A stretch of DNA of 61,124 bases, filler included, from Sphacelaria rigidula (taxonomy: Eukaryota): NCBI GenBank assembly GCA_964200075.2. It is 6 parts of 6 records of this genome, joined end to end, with 100 filler letters (N's around TTAATTAATTAA, not from the genome) between each part and the next. Parts side by side here need not be neighbours in the genome. Positions count along the whole stretch, not along the records: positions 20,411 to 30,514 come from CAXNAA020007135.1; positions 30,615 to 40,718 come from CAXNAA020007136.1; 4 more parts are not named here. One strand, written 5' to 3'. The notes under the pieces were generated by a model, which worked only from the letters and a program-made list of their open reading frames with translations, did not search any database and was not told the DNA's origin. The translations under genes and the position numbers were made by a program. Shown one piece after another: positions 23,812-35,798 of the stretch. The stretch's first letter is position 1. Each line of letters starts with the position of its first letter.

Positions 23812-26760
23812 TGACTTGATTATCGCACGCACACATGAACCGACCTTATCCTCAAGAGAGACCCAGCCGTGTTTACAAGATAGATGCACCCAAGGTGAAC
23901 AAAACAGAAACGCTCGCTTTAAAGAGCGAAAAGTAGAGAAAAAACCAAAGAACAAAACACAGGAGTAAAGAAACAATAACCAAAACAAACAAAAAAAAAG
24001 GGGGGACGTAGGAAAGGAACGGAGAAAAATTGAAAGGACACAAAAAAACGCATGATATGGAAATAAACCTAGAAATTAGCTAGGAAATGACGGGCCCCTG
24101 CCGCACGGCTTCAGGTAAAAAGGGAGAGGCACATGCACCCAGACATGAAAGAAAAGGTCGTGGGAGCAAAGTGTGGCTCAATTTCGGATCATACTATTCG
24201 GCAATGAGCTGTCACCACCCATTAGCCCTATGGAGGCAAGGCACCAAACGGATACTATAGAACACTGAGATGAGAGAAATAAACATCACTGAACAGATAA
24301 ATATGGAGAGAAGAGGATGGAAGAAGAAAGAGAGAACGCAGTAGAAGGTAACTACAGCAGCGATAAAACCCAACGACACAGTAAAGTAGGTACAGAGCGC
24401 TACCAGGGAACACCGCATAAACACAGGCAGAGAAAACACTGAGCGACAGATGAGAGAGGACGGGAGTGGATCAGTTTCCGTGCTAATCCAGCTGCGCCTA
24501 CTCAGCCCTAGTCGGGCGCAAAGCGGGACACTCTATCAAGCATGTCCGCCCTGGATTCCGCGGGAGCTGGTGCTGTTGTTGCATCAGCAGTGGCGGCTCT
24601 CTGATCGGCGGCTCATACAGGCGCCTTCCGTTCATGACGGAGATTCGATCAGCGTGTGTCTCCGCGTCGCCGCCCCTCCTCGAACTCTTCCACCCCTCGC
24701 TCGACTCCAATATGTCATTTACCCATGTTCTTCACCGAAGAGATTCAATCTTGTGCGCCTTGGAACTCTAGTCCATAGACTCACTATTTCCGCCGTGACC
24801 CCTTGCATGGAAGAGCCCATAGTGCCCGTAGGTTCCCCCTGGAGGTGGTCCCCCCAGTGTTCGGGGCGGCGGCCAGCCTCCTTGAGCCCTTTCCGGCTAG
24901 CCATCCGAACATGATACGCTTTGGAAGGCGCGTTTCGTCCTGCCGGACAAGGGTCCCCGCGAAACAGAGTAGGCGCTTGCGGATAGTCATCTCCTTGCGG
25001 ATCGTAGACTCAATACGCTCGCAAATGGTCATATCGAGCACATCTCTGTGCGGAAGAATCCTGTAGCCAGCTCGCCCTTCCTTGCGGAATCTAACCACTC
25101 GTAGCTAAAAAGCTTGTGGTGGGAAACGCGCAGACTCTTGACCTCCTTGGAACGCAGTGTCCGTGCAGCATACGTACAGCATAGCTACCACCACCTCCGC
25201 CCTAAGCAGCCGGATCTTCAAGGGTAGTTGGGTGTTGGGCTCATCGTAGATTTGGGAACTATAGTTTCGGAGGCCCTCTCATGAAGCGCTGATGCGGCGG
25301 TCAATTTCGAAGAAAGTATTCGCATCTGCGCGTACAGCACCAAGGTGAACGAACTCGGCCGTCTGCTCGTACCCTTGGCCTGGCGCCTTGATGTGCAATG
25401 CAATCTCAGCGGAACCTGGTACTGATCACCGGAACATGAAGGCTCTCTCTTGCTGTTCGATACCGCCAATTCGAACTCCTGACAGGCCACCACTATCACT
25501 ACCATCATTCTAGCAAGCCCGTCTGTGGACTTCGAGAGTTTGCTCGCGTCATCCGTGTATAGCATTCCCCACACCGCGCGCCGCATCTTCTCCAGCGGCG
25601 TGTTTTCCAGGGATTCATCATCCTCACCATTCGGCGAATCATCTAGATATATACCGAGTCAACAGTAAGCCCATGGCTGGCAAAATCACGTCAACCAAGG
25701 CTGCGCCACAGAAGTTGAACAACAACAGGGGCGAAATACATGCTCGCCGGAGGTTCATCTATCTGCCATACGAAATACAGCTGAATGATGGAACCCGTTT
25801 CTGGCAGACGAGGAACCACGTTAATGCTTCATCATCCAGCTGTACCCGAGCCCGCATAACATCGTGAAATACGGAGAGCCTTGACAATCCGCAGCGTGAC
25901 TCCGAATCAGGCAAACAGCTCCCACAGGGACGTGCGGTTGTCTAAATCGTAGGCCTTTTGCAGGTCGATGAAGTACGTGTTTGTGGAGACAATTCTCGCC
26001 CGCTCCCTCTTCTGTAGTCGGCATACGACGAACATCATGCCCGTGGCCGCTCGTTGGCGCCGGAACCCCCACCGTTTTCCCCGGAAAATTCTCTTCCTTA
26101 TCGCGGCAGCTACCGTGCCTATTGGCTACGATTTTGAGAGAAACTTCATCAGCATATGTCACCAGGGAGATGCCCCTCGAATGACCACACTCGGCCCTGT
26201 CCTTTTTCTTGTGTCACACTTTGATAGCGGCGTCTTTCCACTTCTGCGGCACCTCGGTAGATATCCAAACCGTAGCGATGATGTTGTGGATGTGATGAAG
26301 AGTTTTCGGAGGCTCCCTGACCAACACAAGCTTGACGAGTGTAGCATGTAGGCCAGCCGGACCTGTTGCTTTGCCGTTCGCCACAGCTCCTAGGGCATCC
26401 TCAGTCTCAGTTGGGCTTTGCGGGTCTTGAAGTAACCATGCTGCCGCTCACGGCGGTGTTGTCGATGACGGCTCAATCGATCATTACTGATATCACTTTC
26501 AGCAAGGTGGAGGAGTTCCGTTCCCTTTCTCGAAAGTTGGACATTTGTCCCGCAGTAGGTTCCAGCCCTCGTCTTTGATACACTGCTCGCTCTCTATATT
26601 TCGTCCCGCCAGACTCCACCCTCCTCTCAGTCGTCTGCCCAATCCTCTCGTGTCCACAATTTCAATCTACTCCTCCAACTGCCTAGCATCAACATTCAGG
26701 TACCTGTCCACCCCAGCGTGGATACCCTCTTTGAGTTCCCTGCCGGCTGCACAGGGCTAA
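23812..26760 (-). mobile_element. Decayed RTE-clade non-LTR retrotransposon (LINE), reverse transcriptase region plus 3' UTR
   Basis: Frameshifted minus-strand RT motifs GFRRQRAATGMMFVVCRL, YFIDLQKAYD, RRAVWGMLYTDDA (YxDD) and C-terminal RKRLLCFAG..VRQDETRLPKRIMFG. The 3' end near 23815-23890 resembles the (CAAT)n-tailed repeat seen elsewhere. Confidence 0.88.
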
Positions 26761-27137
26761 ACGCGTTTTTACCTGGAAGCTTAAATTCCCGAGGAAACTC
26801 TCCCGACTGTAATTTCACCTACTACAACTGTGCACGTGTATAGTATAACATTAAGTGCAGAACGCACAAATATTTTGCCAGTGGCCGCACGAGTTAACTC
26901 TAACAGCAATTCCTCGTACATACATTACGCTGTGCTTTGCGACAACAAAGGTCGAAGAGGGTTGCACATGCTTTCTGAACACGAGATATACACAGCGCTC
27001 GGGATCAGAGCACTTTAAGGGAACGTTCGAGCCCAACTCCTCCATGACGATGTTGGGTGTGTTACTGTAAATACAAACATCTTCATCCTCGATTTGAGAA
27101 TATCTATCTTCGCGTATCGAACGCGTCTCACACTCGA

Positions 27138-28761
27138 TCACTCGTTGAATGCGTACAATTCATCCCCCCCAGTGTCGAGTGATGGTTCAAAGTCCTCAGA
27201 TCCTTGACCGGTCGTCACCACAAGCTCTTCCGCGGCCCCCCGCACGAACTGCAAGCACAACGCGAGCACCGAAGATGACCCGGGAAACGTTCAGGGTTGT
27301 TTTAGCTATTGCTCGATTTGCAACTACAGAAGAACGCAAAAGTTAAAACGCGCTGTGGTCGCGCTGGTTTGTTCCCCGCCGACGTTCAATGCACTCGGCA
27401 CATACTGATAATCCCTTAATGCGCAGCCACCAAGTCAAGACACGAACATGGAGACTTTCGTACTGCGATATGAAAATATCTATGAGCGTGTTTTCTGGTC
27501 GTCCAAAGATAGGTGTACCCATATACTTTGCGGTCCACGGAAGAGTTCACACGGTAATGATGCTGCAGCTTACCCGCTGTTGCTTGATACCGCAAGCCTA
27601 ACTTGCTATTGTGACGATACGAGTGGTACAACAATGTGGTCACCGTGAGCCAGGGCCGACGTTTGCTAGAGTAGAAGATGGTAAATGACCCTTCAACCCG
27701 GAGCGCAGACTTCTAGCTGCTCCTATGGTCAGGCCAAGTTTTCCTACTTCTGGTCGCTCAACATATTTCCTTACCCGCGGATAACAAGACGCAGGAAACA
27801 TGAACTCACGGGGTGCTGCAGCAGCTTCTTGACCTTCATTCGTTTCTCATGATTGATGTTGAGGCATTGTGACAGAAAATTCGTCGCGTCGTCGGAGATA
27901 TGCTCAGGAAACGCTGGCGGCTGGAAAGGATAAGCACGTTCAACGAAGATGGAGCGGCGGCGAGACGGTGTGATGGGGTGGCAACACTATGGCAGGGAGG
28001 AAGATGGGTACAAGGATACGAGCATGAAGGCCAACCGTCGTTGTGAGGAAGATAAGCTTCGGCCGCCCAATCTCCCCTCCGATTTCTGTCGAGGTTTCCA
28101 TCGACCTTGCAACTACTGTCCATCGCTCTACTAGCGTGCTCACTTTTAGTGGCGGGTGTGCAAAAAGGACGGGGGATCGCTGTTCTTGAACGGGTCGAGA
28201 AACAAGGTTGCACTTCCGCGAACCGCGCCCCACTCTGTATTTGTCTTTAGCTTTAACGTTTTATCCCCCGCCGTGTTGCTTTGACGGCACGACACATCGT
28301 CGCCACATTGTCGGAGACGTGTCCAAAACGAATCCCGGTCAAATCGACTCCAAACGGAGAAAAATCACCGTGTCGCATACATTACTATGCCAAATACGAA
28401 GTCGACAGCTGCAGTATTGAAAATAAAGGACACTTCTAGTATATACATGGATATGGATATGTATCCTCATTTGTACAGAGCAACTTTGTTTCTGTTACGA
28501 CTTAGTCTGCGATGTCGTTCTGTCCGACTTTTTTTATGTTCCCCTCTTTTCTTCAGGGCATGTTTCAGTGTTGTTTTTGTTGGGTACATCTATCATGTCA
28601 CTATCATGTCACTATCATGTCACTATCATGTCACTATCATGTCACTATCATGTCACTATCATGTCACTATCATGTCACTATCATGTCACTATCATGTCCC
28701 TATCATGTCACTACCATGAGACCACGGCTGGACCCCTGGGGGGTCAGTTAAAGTGCGACAG

Positions 28762-28793
<32 letters not shown>

Positions 28794-30360
28794 GGAACGA
28801 CGTGCATTCGACGAAGCGCAACCTGGAAACAACGCGTGCATACCTCTGTTGCTACGGCGATATGATACATGGCCGCCATCGTGTTGGAGAACGGAGGCCA
28901 CGGGTATCTAGCAGTGCACATCTCGATCATGGTAGCTCCAATGCTCCACACGTCTGCGCTGAGGCCATGACATGTCTGCTTAATGATCTCCGGCGCCATC
29001 CACGGCACTGACCCTTGAACCACTTGAAGGTTGTCGTCAAGGATCTGTTTTTCGTTTTTCGGAGAGAGTAGGCGATCGATAGACTCGGAAAACTAACGGC
29101 TTTTCCCGAAGCGGGACTATATGGGAGTTTTTCAGTAACCTCCTACGGAGTGCATTTCAGTTGGGAGTAGGGGTGACCTTCAGCAGTATCGTATTGTAAT
29201 GTTTTGTGATCTCTGCACCATTCTCCGCGCTTACCGAAATGTTGCACTCGAGCCTCGGCACCTTCGAGAGATATGGACAGAGTAAACCATTCAGAAGACG
29301 TCTGGTAAAATCAGACTTGCGGAAAGAACTCAGAAGTAGTGTCTGGATTGGGATCATCACCCGTTTCATGAGGAATGACAAAAACTTTACCGCCCATCAA
29401 TGAACAACTGACTTACACAACTTGGAAGGGTATCCTCTAAGCTCTGCCTTTGTGTCTAAGGGACAGCACGAAAGCTCGCTCGGCTGGCGTCTGGAACTAA
29501 AACAAGGGCAAATGAGCAAGAAAGCATCGTGCACCTCTTAATTGCGAAGAAACTGCTCCGACAAGACCGACCAGTCTGTATGGTATCAGCTTGTCTGGTC
29601 TGTAGGCAAACCTGTGAATCCGTGAAAGCGTAACATCAAATAACCCTTGGACTCTAACCTGGGCTTGAGCTCCTTTCGTTCGCCGAGCACACCCGAAGTC
29701 CGCCAGCTTTGCGATTCCCTGTGTATCACACGCGGGAAAACGAGAAACGTCAACGAAGAGAAAAGGTGACTGCCAGCACACCGATACTCACGACATAGAC
29801 GAGCTTGATAATGGAATGGACGTTCAGTTACTCAAGCCTAGGAGGATTTTTCGGTCCTTCAGAGCCAAGCATAGGTCACTCCCCACACCCATCCCAACGC
29901 CAATGGCGAGAAGACAAGGGGCGCACAAAGGGAGGTTGCAGTGATGAGCACACGTAGGGTTGTGGAGGAGAGCACTGCGAACATTTCAGGAAATACTCCC
30001 ACTCAGAATCAGCTTCTGGTTTTTGGGGAGCAGGAGTAAAGAAGCTACAGTAGACGATACAGTGCCGCGGTATGAATTCACCTAGATACGTCGAGGCCTT
30101 GGAGATTACCGTTGCTCTAGATGGTCTAGAGGACCAAGGGTTTTGATGTGTCTCGCGCAACGAAACATTTCAAATGTGTTGTGGTACTACTGCTGGTCCA
30201 GCGCTGGGGCGTCTAGTGCCCTTCACCGTCGTGGCACACAAGCACCTCTTACTCGTGATGCAGCAGCAGTTCTCACCTGGTCTGTGACGAGGATGTTTGC
30301 ACCTTTTATATCCCTATGGATGATGCCTCTGTCGTGAAGATAGTCGACCCCCAGCAAAAT
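27138..30360 (-). CDS. STE11/MEKK-type MAP kinase kinase kinase, C-terminal kinase half (5'-partial)
   Basis: GT-AG phase-0 exons: 30360-30277 ([28 protein letters not shown]), 29718-29659 ([12 protein letters not shown]), 29044-28844 (GSVPWMAPE...[20 protein letters not shown]...AAMYHIA), 27920-27810 ([20 protein letters not shown]...LLQHP), 27248-27138 (FVRG...stop). Confidence 0.92.
28485..28793 (+). mobile_element. 5'-truncated LINE 3' end with (CAAT)n tail, containing an 11-bp minisatellite
   Basis: ...gggtacatctatcatg[..]gagaccacggctggacccctggggtcagttaaagtgcgaca-type end followed by (caat)n. Matches the reverse complement of 33770-33960. Confidence 0.8.
28590..28710. repeat. Minisatellite (CTATCATGTCA)x11
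   Basis: Eleven near-perfect 11-bp units. Confidence 0.95.
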
Positions 30361-30451
30361 CTGGACAGCAGATCATGGAATCAAAACGTTTTGAGCAATA
30401 GCATTTGATAGCGGGAAAGAACAAAGTGCCTCATACGGCTAACATTTAATA

Positions 30452-30486
<35 letters not shown>

Positions 30487-30514
30487 ATTATTACTATTAT
30501 TATTATTATTATTA

Positions 30515-30614
30515 NNNNNNNNNNNNNNNNNNNNNNNNNNNNNNNNNNNNNNNNNNNNTTAATTAATTAANNNNNNNNNNNNNNNNNNNNNNNNNNNNNN
30601 NNNNNNNNNNNNNN
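30515..30614. other. Artificial contig linker N44-TTAATTAATTAA-N44
   Basis: Same 100-bp spacer, preceded by an (ATT)n microsatellite at the contig end. Confidence 0.97.
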
Positions 30615-30761
30615 ACTTTGTAGGGATGCGAGGTCAATGGTCTTATGACTATGGCATGCATGATCATGAGTACACCCCTCCCCCCCTACGGCTGTGTTCT
30701 CATTTGGCGATATCCTACGTGTGTACATCGGCGTGCTTCTTGTTGGTTGCCGCTGGTACTC

Positions 30762-30900
30762 TGATTGATTGATGAATTGACTGATTCATTGATTCATTGA
30801 TTCATTGATTCATTGATTCATTGTCGCACTTGAACTGACCCCCGAGGGGTCCAGCCGGGGTCTCATGATAGACGTACTCAAGAAAAACTGAATTCAAACA
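30762..30900 (-). mobile_element. 5'-truncated LINE 3' end with (CAAT/GAAT)n tail
   Basis: (attgattc)n-ttgtcgcacttgaactgaccccc..ggggtccagccggggtctcatgatagacgtac is the reverse complement of the same tail family. Confidence 0.8.
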
Positions 30901-32940
30901 CGCTCGAAGGGAAACTAATTTTGCCGTACGTTGTTATGGAGTTTTGTTCCTGTCCAGTACTTTTGTGCACATCATAGCGTCATAATTGTACACGAACGGA
31001 CTTCTCCTTCGCTGCGTTACGGCCCCTCACTGGTTTTGGTACCGTGTCCTTTTGTGCCGAGTTCGCCTTCTTGGTGACTGCGTTCCTAGTACGCGCAGTC
31101 ACATTTCTTGTCGCTGACGCAGCTCTGTCCGTGTCCCCTGAGCGTCAAGCCTTTTTTTTTCTTGTCTTCGAGGTTATTCACGCGATGAGAGGACTGTAGA
31201 TTTATTTAGCCCAGCCTCTCACATGTTAGGAATTTTGATGACTCGTTCTCTGGATGTATTCGTTGTTGTCACTGCTCACCCCCCCTGCCGCCAGCCGAGA
31301 GAGCTCGCCGCACAGGAGTACTCCCTTGCATGGTCTTGTAGCGCGGGTCCTTGGTTACAGCATGTACTGCTAATTATACCGCCCTTGTTGTAGGCAAATT
31401 TTATGCCTGACGACTGTATTTGGTCGAGTTGAGTTACTGCGTTTTCGACAACTCATCCGGATGTGTTCGTATGTCTGTTCTACCCCTATCCCTTGGCGCA
31501 GCTTGGCGAGCTTGATTGAGTCGGGTGTTTTCTCCTGTGTCATCCCGTTGCTCGTGGTCCAGAGTTACCGCGGGAATCACCAATCTACCGCCCTTATTGT
31601 AGGCCGTATTTTCGCCGAACGATCGCTTTGAGTTGGGTGTTGCGTCCTCATGAAGGCTCTTTTTTAATTTTACACTCACTTTTGCTCATAACGCGCGATG
31701 GATAATCCGCCGCGCTGGACGAAACACTCTCACCAATGACCCTTCACGTTTTGCCCTGAGTGTCGTCTTGGGGGGCTTGTGCCCACTCCCGCAGAGTTTT
31801 TGAATCTCGCACTTTGGACCCACCAAACCTGAACCTGGCCTGCACCCCCGTTTTTATCTCCCTGTTCCTGCGTAGTCCCCCCCCCATCGCATTGTACTTC
31901 ACATCGCACGCCTTTTTCAAGGCAGGTTTTATACTTCAAACGCCCTGCCACGGAAACGAGCGATGTGCCACTCTCGCCATACGCGACGGATGTGTCGGGA
32001 CGGAGTCGGACAAAGACGTGAAGCTTACTTGTGTCTGCGTCCGACCGATGCAGTTGCCGCGATGCTGCGTCGTAACTGCGTTTTCCCTCCCTTGTTCCAG
32101 GATTGTTTGGCACCCCCTCCTTGTTACGTTGGTATATAGAGTCTACGCGTGCGTTACCATTTAGTGCTTTACTTTGTAGATAGACTTGCGTTTTTGTTGT
32201 CTTGGTCAACACAGGTCGTGAGTGTCACGTAGATAAAACGTCTTCTTGTGGATTGAACGTTTGATGTAACGGGTCGCAGCGATGCTTGCCCATAGAGGTG
32301 TGGGAGAGAATTTATTTATATATGCATTTTTATTCGCTTGCGTGTTTTTGTACGAGTGTAGGAAGAGCCCTTTCTCGTTGAATTTCGAACTTCCCCGGCG
32401 CAATTATGTTGTGCCGAGGCGATGTCGATTCAACTGCATAAAGACGCGTCTAGTGTGGGCTAGTGTAATGAAGCTAAGGGGCGTTGAAAGATATATCGAT
32501 GTGCGGGTCTGCTCGTAGACGCTGGGTTCCGTGACGCGTTGTTACCGCGTTTGTTATTGTCATTATTTGGGTTGTTCCGGCGTGGCCAGATGCCACCCCG
32601 CCCACCTTGGCAGTTGTTGGCTCTGCTTCGCTTGCTGGCCTAGTCATTTCTGCTTCTCTGGCACCATCACTACGCTCTGCTCCTATGGTTACGCCCCGGT
32701 TGTACTGAGTGACAGAGCTGCTTGTAGATATAATATGATGCTATCAACGTGTGAGTCTCCAACCAGCAGTTTACATAAGAAAAACCTCCTGTGTTGGGTG
32801 CATGATGGATAGCCAAGGCCTGTATGATGTACCCACGTCGGGAGCTTGGGCAGCTGGAAGCATGGTATCCCCTGGTGCTCATACTGAGAGACCCCAGTCA
32901 ATACATAAGCTATACCCCGTCATTGCGACACAACGGCCAG

Positions 32941-35722
32941 GTTATTCGTGGTTTGGCGACCGGACGCTTCACTGCAGACACGGCCTGTGCGATACGGGTG
33001 ATCGGCGATCAAGCGCTGGTAGGGCTGATCCTTGGTACTGCGTTGTCTGCGGGGGGATTTATCCGAGTCATGGTGACCTCGGGTACGACGCTCAGGTGAG
33101 TGCTTCGTGTTGGATGTGTTGCAGTGAAAGAAAAAAACAGCATCCCTCGCACGGACGGTCTCTGGGGAGTTCAGAGATACGTGCGTACTATATATCAGAA
33201 TAGATGACGCAAATATGTCTAATAATTCGACTTCACGGTCGACTAGGGAAAGGGACCGCTGGTTCACTTTCGCGATTCGAAATAAGGAAAGCACCGCAGA
33301 AGGAAGGTGGAGTACTAAAAGAAAAAAGAAAAAACACCTGTGTTGCCTTCCTCCTGTGTGACCCCGGCTGATGCGCCCACCCATACCGAAAGGTGTAGAC
33401 TGGCTTGCGGCAATGATGGGATGACAACACACAACCGCAACATACAACAAATGTGTCGTCACGCCCCGATGGTGGAAAATTTAAATGGCACCGTTAGTTA
33501 AGGTGGGAAGAATGTGGGTTCAATTCCTCCCTGATGAATCTACTTTGACTTTTTCTTCGAAATATCTGATCTCCGTCGTTGAAAGGCAAATGTGTACTTG
33601 GGTACCGAAAACGAGTTTGTTTGATGAGAGTCGACGCGATGCGGGAACGGTGTTGGTCATGATGCAATCCGCGAGGCCAAAATGCAAGGCGTTCGCTTGG
33701 GGACAGATGGGTCCATCCCTTGAAATCACGGACGTCATTCGGAGGAAGCGGGAGGGGTTCAAAGTTTAACGATTGATTGATTGATTGATTGTCGCACTTT
33801 AACTGACCCCCCAGGGGTCCAGCCGTGGTCTCGTGATAGACGTACCCAAAAACAACGAAACCGAAGAAAAACGAAACTGAAACACGCCCTGAAAAATACA
33901 AAGGAACAGAACAAAACAAAAAGACGAACAAAACGTCATAGCAGGCTAAGTCGTAACAAAAAAAAATTAACACAAGCAAAGCACGGAAAAAAATGGTCGA
34001 CCTGAAACAAGAAAAGAAAAAAAAGGAAGAGGAAAGTACAGAGTAAGTGAAATGAAATACAATAAAAGGAAAAGGCCCAAGGGATTCAGGGCATCAGAGT
34101 AGATACAGATACACGCCGGTGGGCATCGCAGAGCCACCGACTAGGGAAATAATCAACAACCGATATGAGCACACAGGATTGTCCGATTGGCAGCCCTCGA
34201 CGCAGCAGCCTCTCGCTTGTGACGGCGGTCTGATTCTCGCTTGTCCGCACGTCGCCACGATGGAAAAGAAAAATCCGAAAACAAAAGGCCCGACGTCATT
34301 TCATTATATTTCGTGCTCGACGGACAGTGCAGGAGTTTGGGGAAATCATGCTTGACGTATCAGCTCATGTCGGTGTTGTGATGAATCAACAATAGTAGAT
34401 CCATTCTAATGCTTGATACGCATCGCTAGAAGGGGCGCACGGGTCGCGATGGCCACGGTGACCTCGGGTTCAACGCTCAAGTGAGTAGGTACGGTATGCG
34501 TTGCATTGCAAAAATTGGCACCCCTTGCACTATTTCCGGGGAGGCTCGTGTGGGTCGCGGTGGCCTCGAGTACATCGCTCAGGTGAAAGCTGTACAAACT
34601 ATATCGGGGTGGAATCAACCCCTGTACAAATGGACGAGATCGGCAGTACAATATCGGCGCTTAGGTTTCTCCTGCTTGTGTGTGATAGTCATAGGTTATG
34701 GAAATTGTGATAATATGAGCGCCGCCTACAGGCAAACCAGCGGGGCGGGAGAAGTGCACCTTCAAACCTGGCCACGGAATCGCACCGTCCTGGTCCCTTT
34801 GCGCTCTCGTTCCCCCTCCCCCCTCCCCTCTGCAGTTTACCGAGCTACGCGATTTTTGTGCAAGTTTCACCGACCTGCTCCAAATTGAAGTAGCATCCGT
34901 AGCAGCCCAGTAATACTCACTGCACCTCAAAACTGTCACTGTTGGCGAAGTGCGCGGTGGTAGGCGGTATAAGTCTCTCAACGAGCGGTTTCAGCTCCCA
35001 TCGCCTTGTATGCAGACCACACGACAAGCTAACTCTGGAACCCATTGTTTTCCAGCGTGGGGTGGGGAAAAACGCCAAACCCTCCGACCTGAAAACGATG
35101 CACCCGAAACACGCCACTACCGGTGACAATTGTCACTCCTTAGCCTCCTTGGTGTTGATTAGTCTATTGTCATGATTGATCAGAAGACAAGGTGGATTCG
35201 CCACCGCATCCCCACTCCCCACTCCCCACTCCCCTTCTATCCAGCCGTCGTCTTCCTTGTTAATGGACACGGACATCAGAAATCGCAACCACTCAAGCTT
35301 CGAGAACACTCCCCCCTCCCTATGGTATCGTTTGTTTGTTTTTTCTCGCCAAGAGTCGTGTTTGGTTTGGGTGGCCGTGCCTTCCCTCCGCCCTGTCCTC
35401 TCTCACCTTCCCTTCCCTCCCCCGCATCCCGCGCATCGCACACTGCACTCGCTAACAGGGATGGCGTGGCGATTTCCATGAGCTTGTTTCTGATCGTCAT
35501 GACTTCGATTCTTCTGGGGTCTGCTCTACCTTTCGGCTTCGCGAGGACTGGGGTTGACCCGGCAAACGCGGGAACCAGCATCCAGGCAAGTATGACAACG
35601 TCCAGCCATGAGTGTCGGGTCGAGGATGTGCATGTAAGCATATGTATAGATGTCCATCATGTGACCCCGGCTGAACCCCTGGGGAGTCAGACAAAGTGCG
35701 ATATCCATAGAAAATCAATCAA

Positions 35723-35798
<76 letters not shown>

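Noticed and set aside
28387-29011. ORFs with ([11 protein letters not shown])n His/Cys repeats suggesting a metal-binding protein
   Set aside because: Translation of an 11-bp minisatellite in a kinase intron on the opposite strand.
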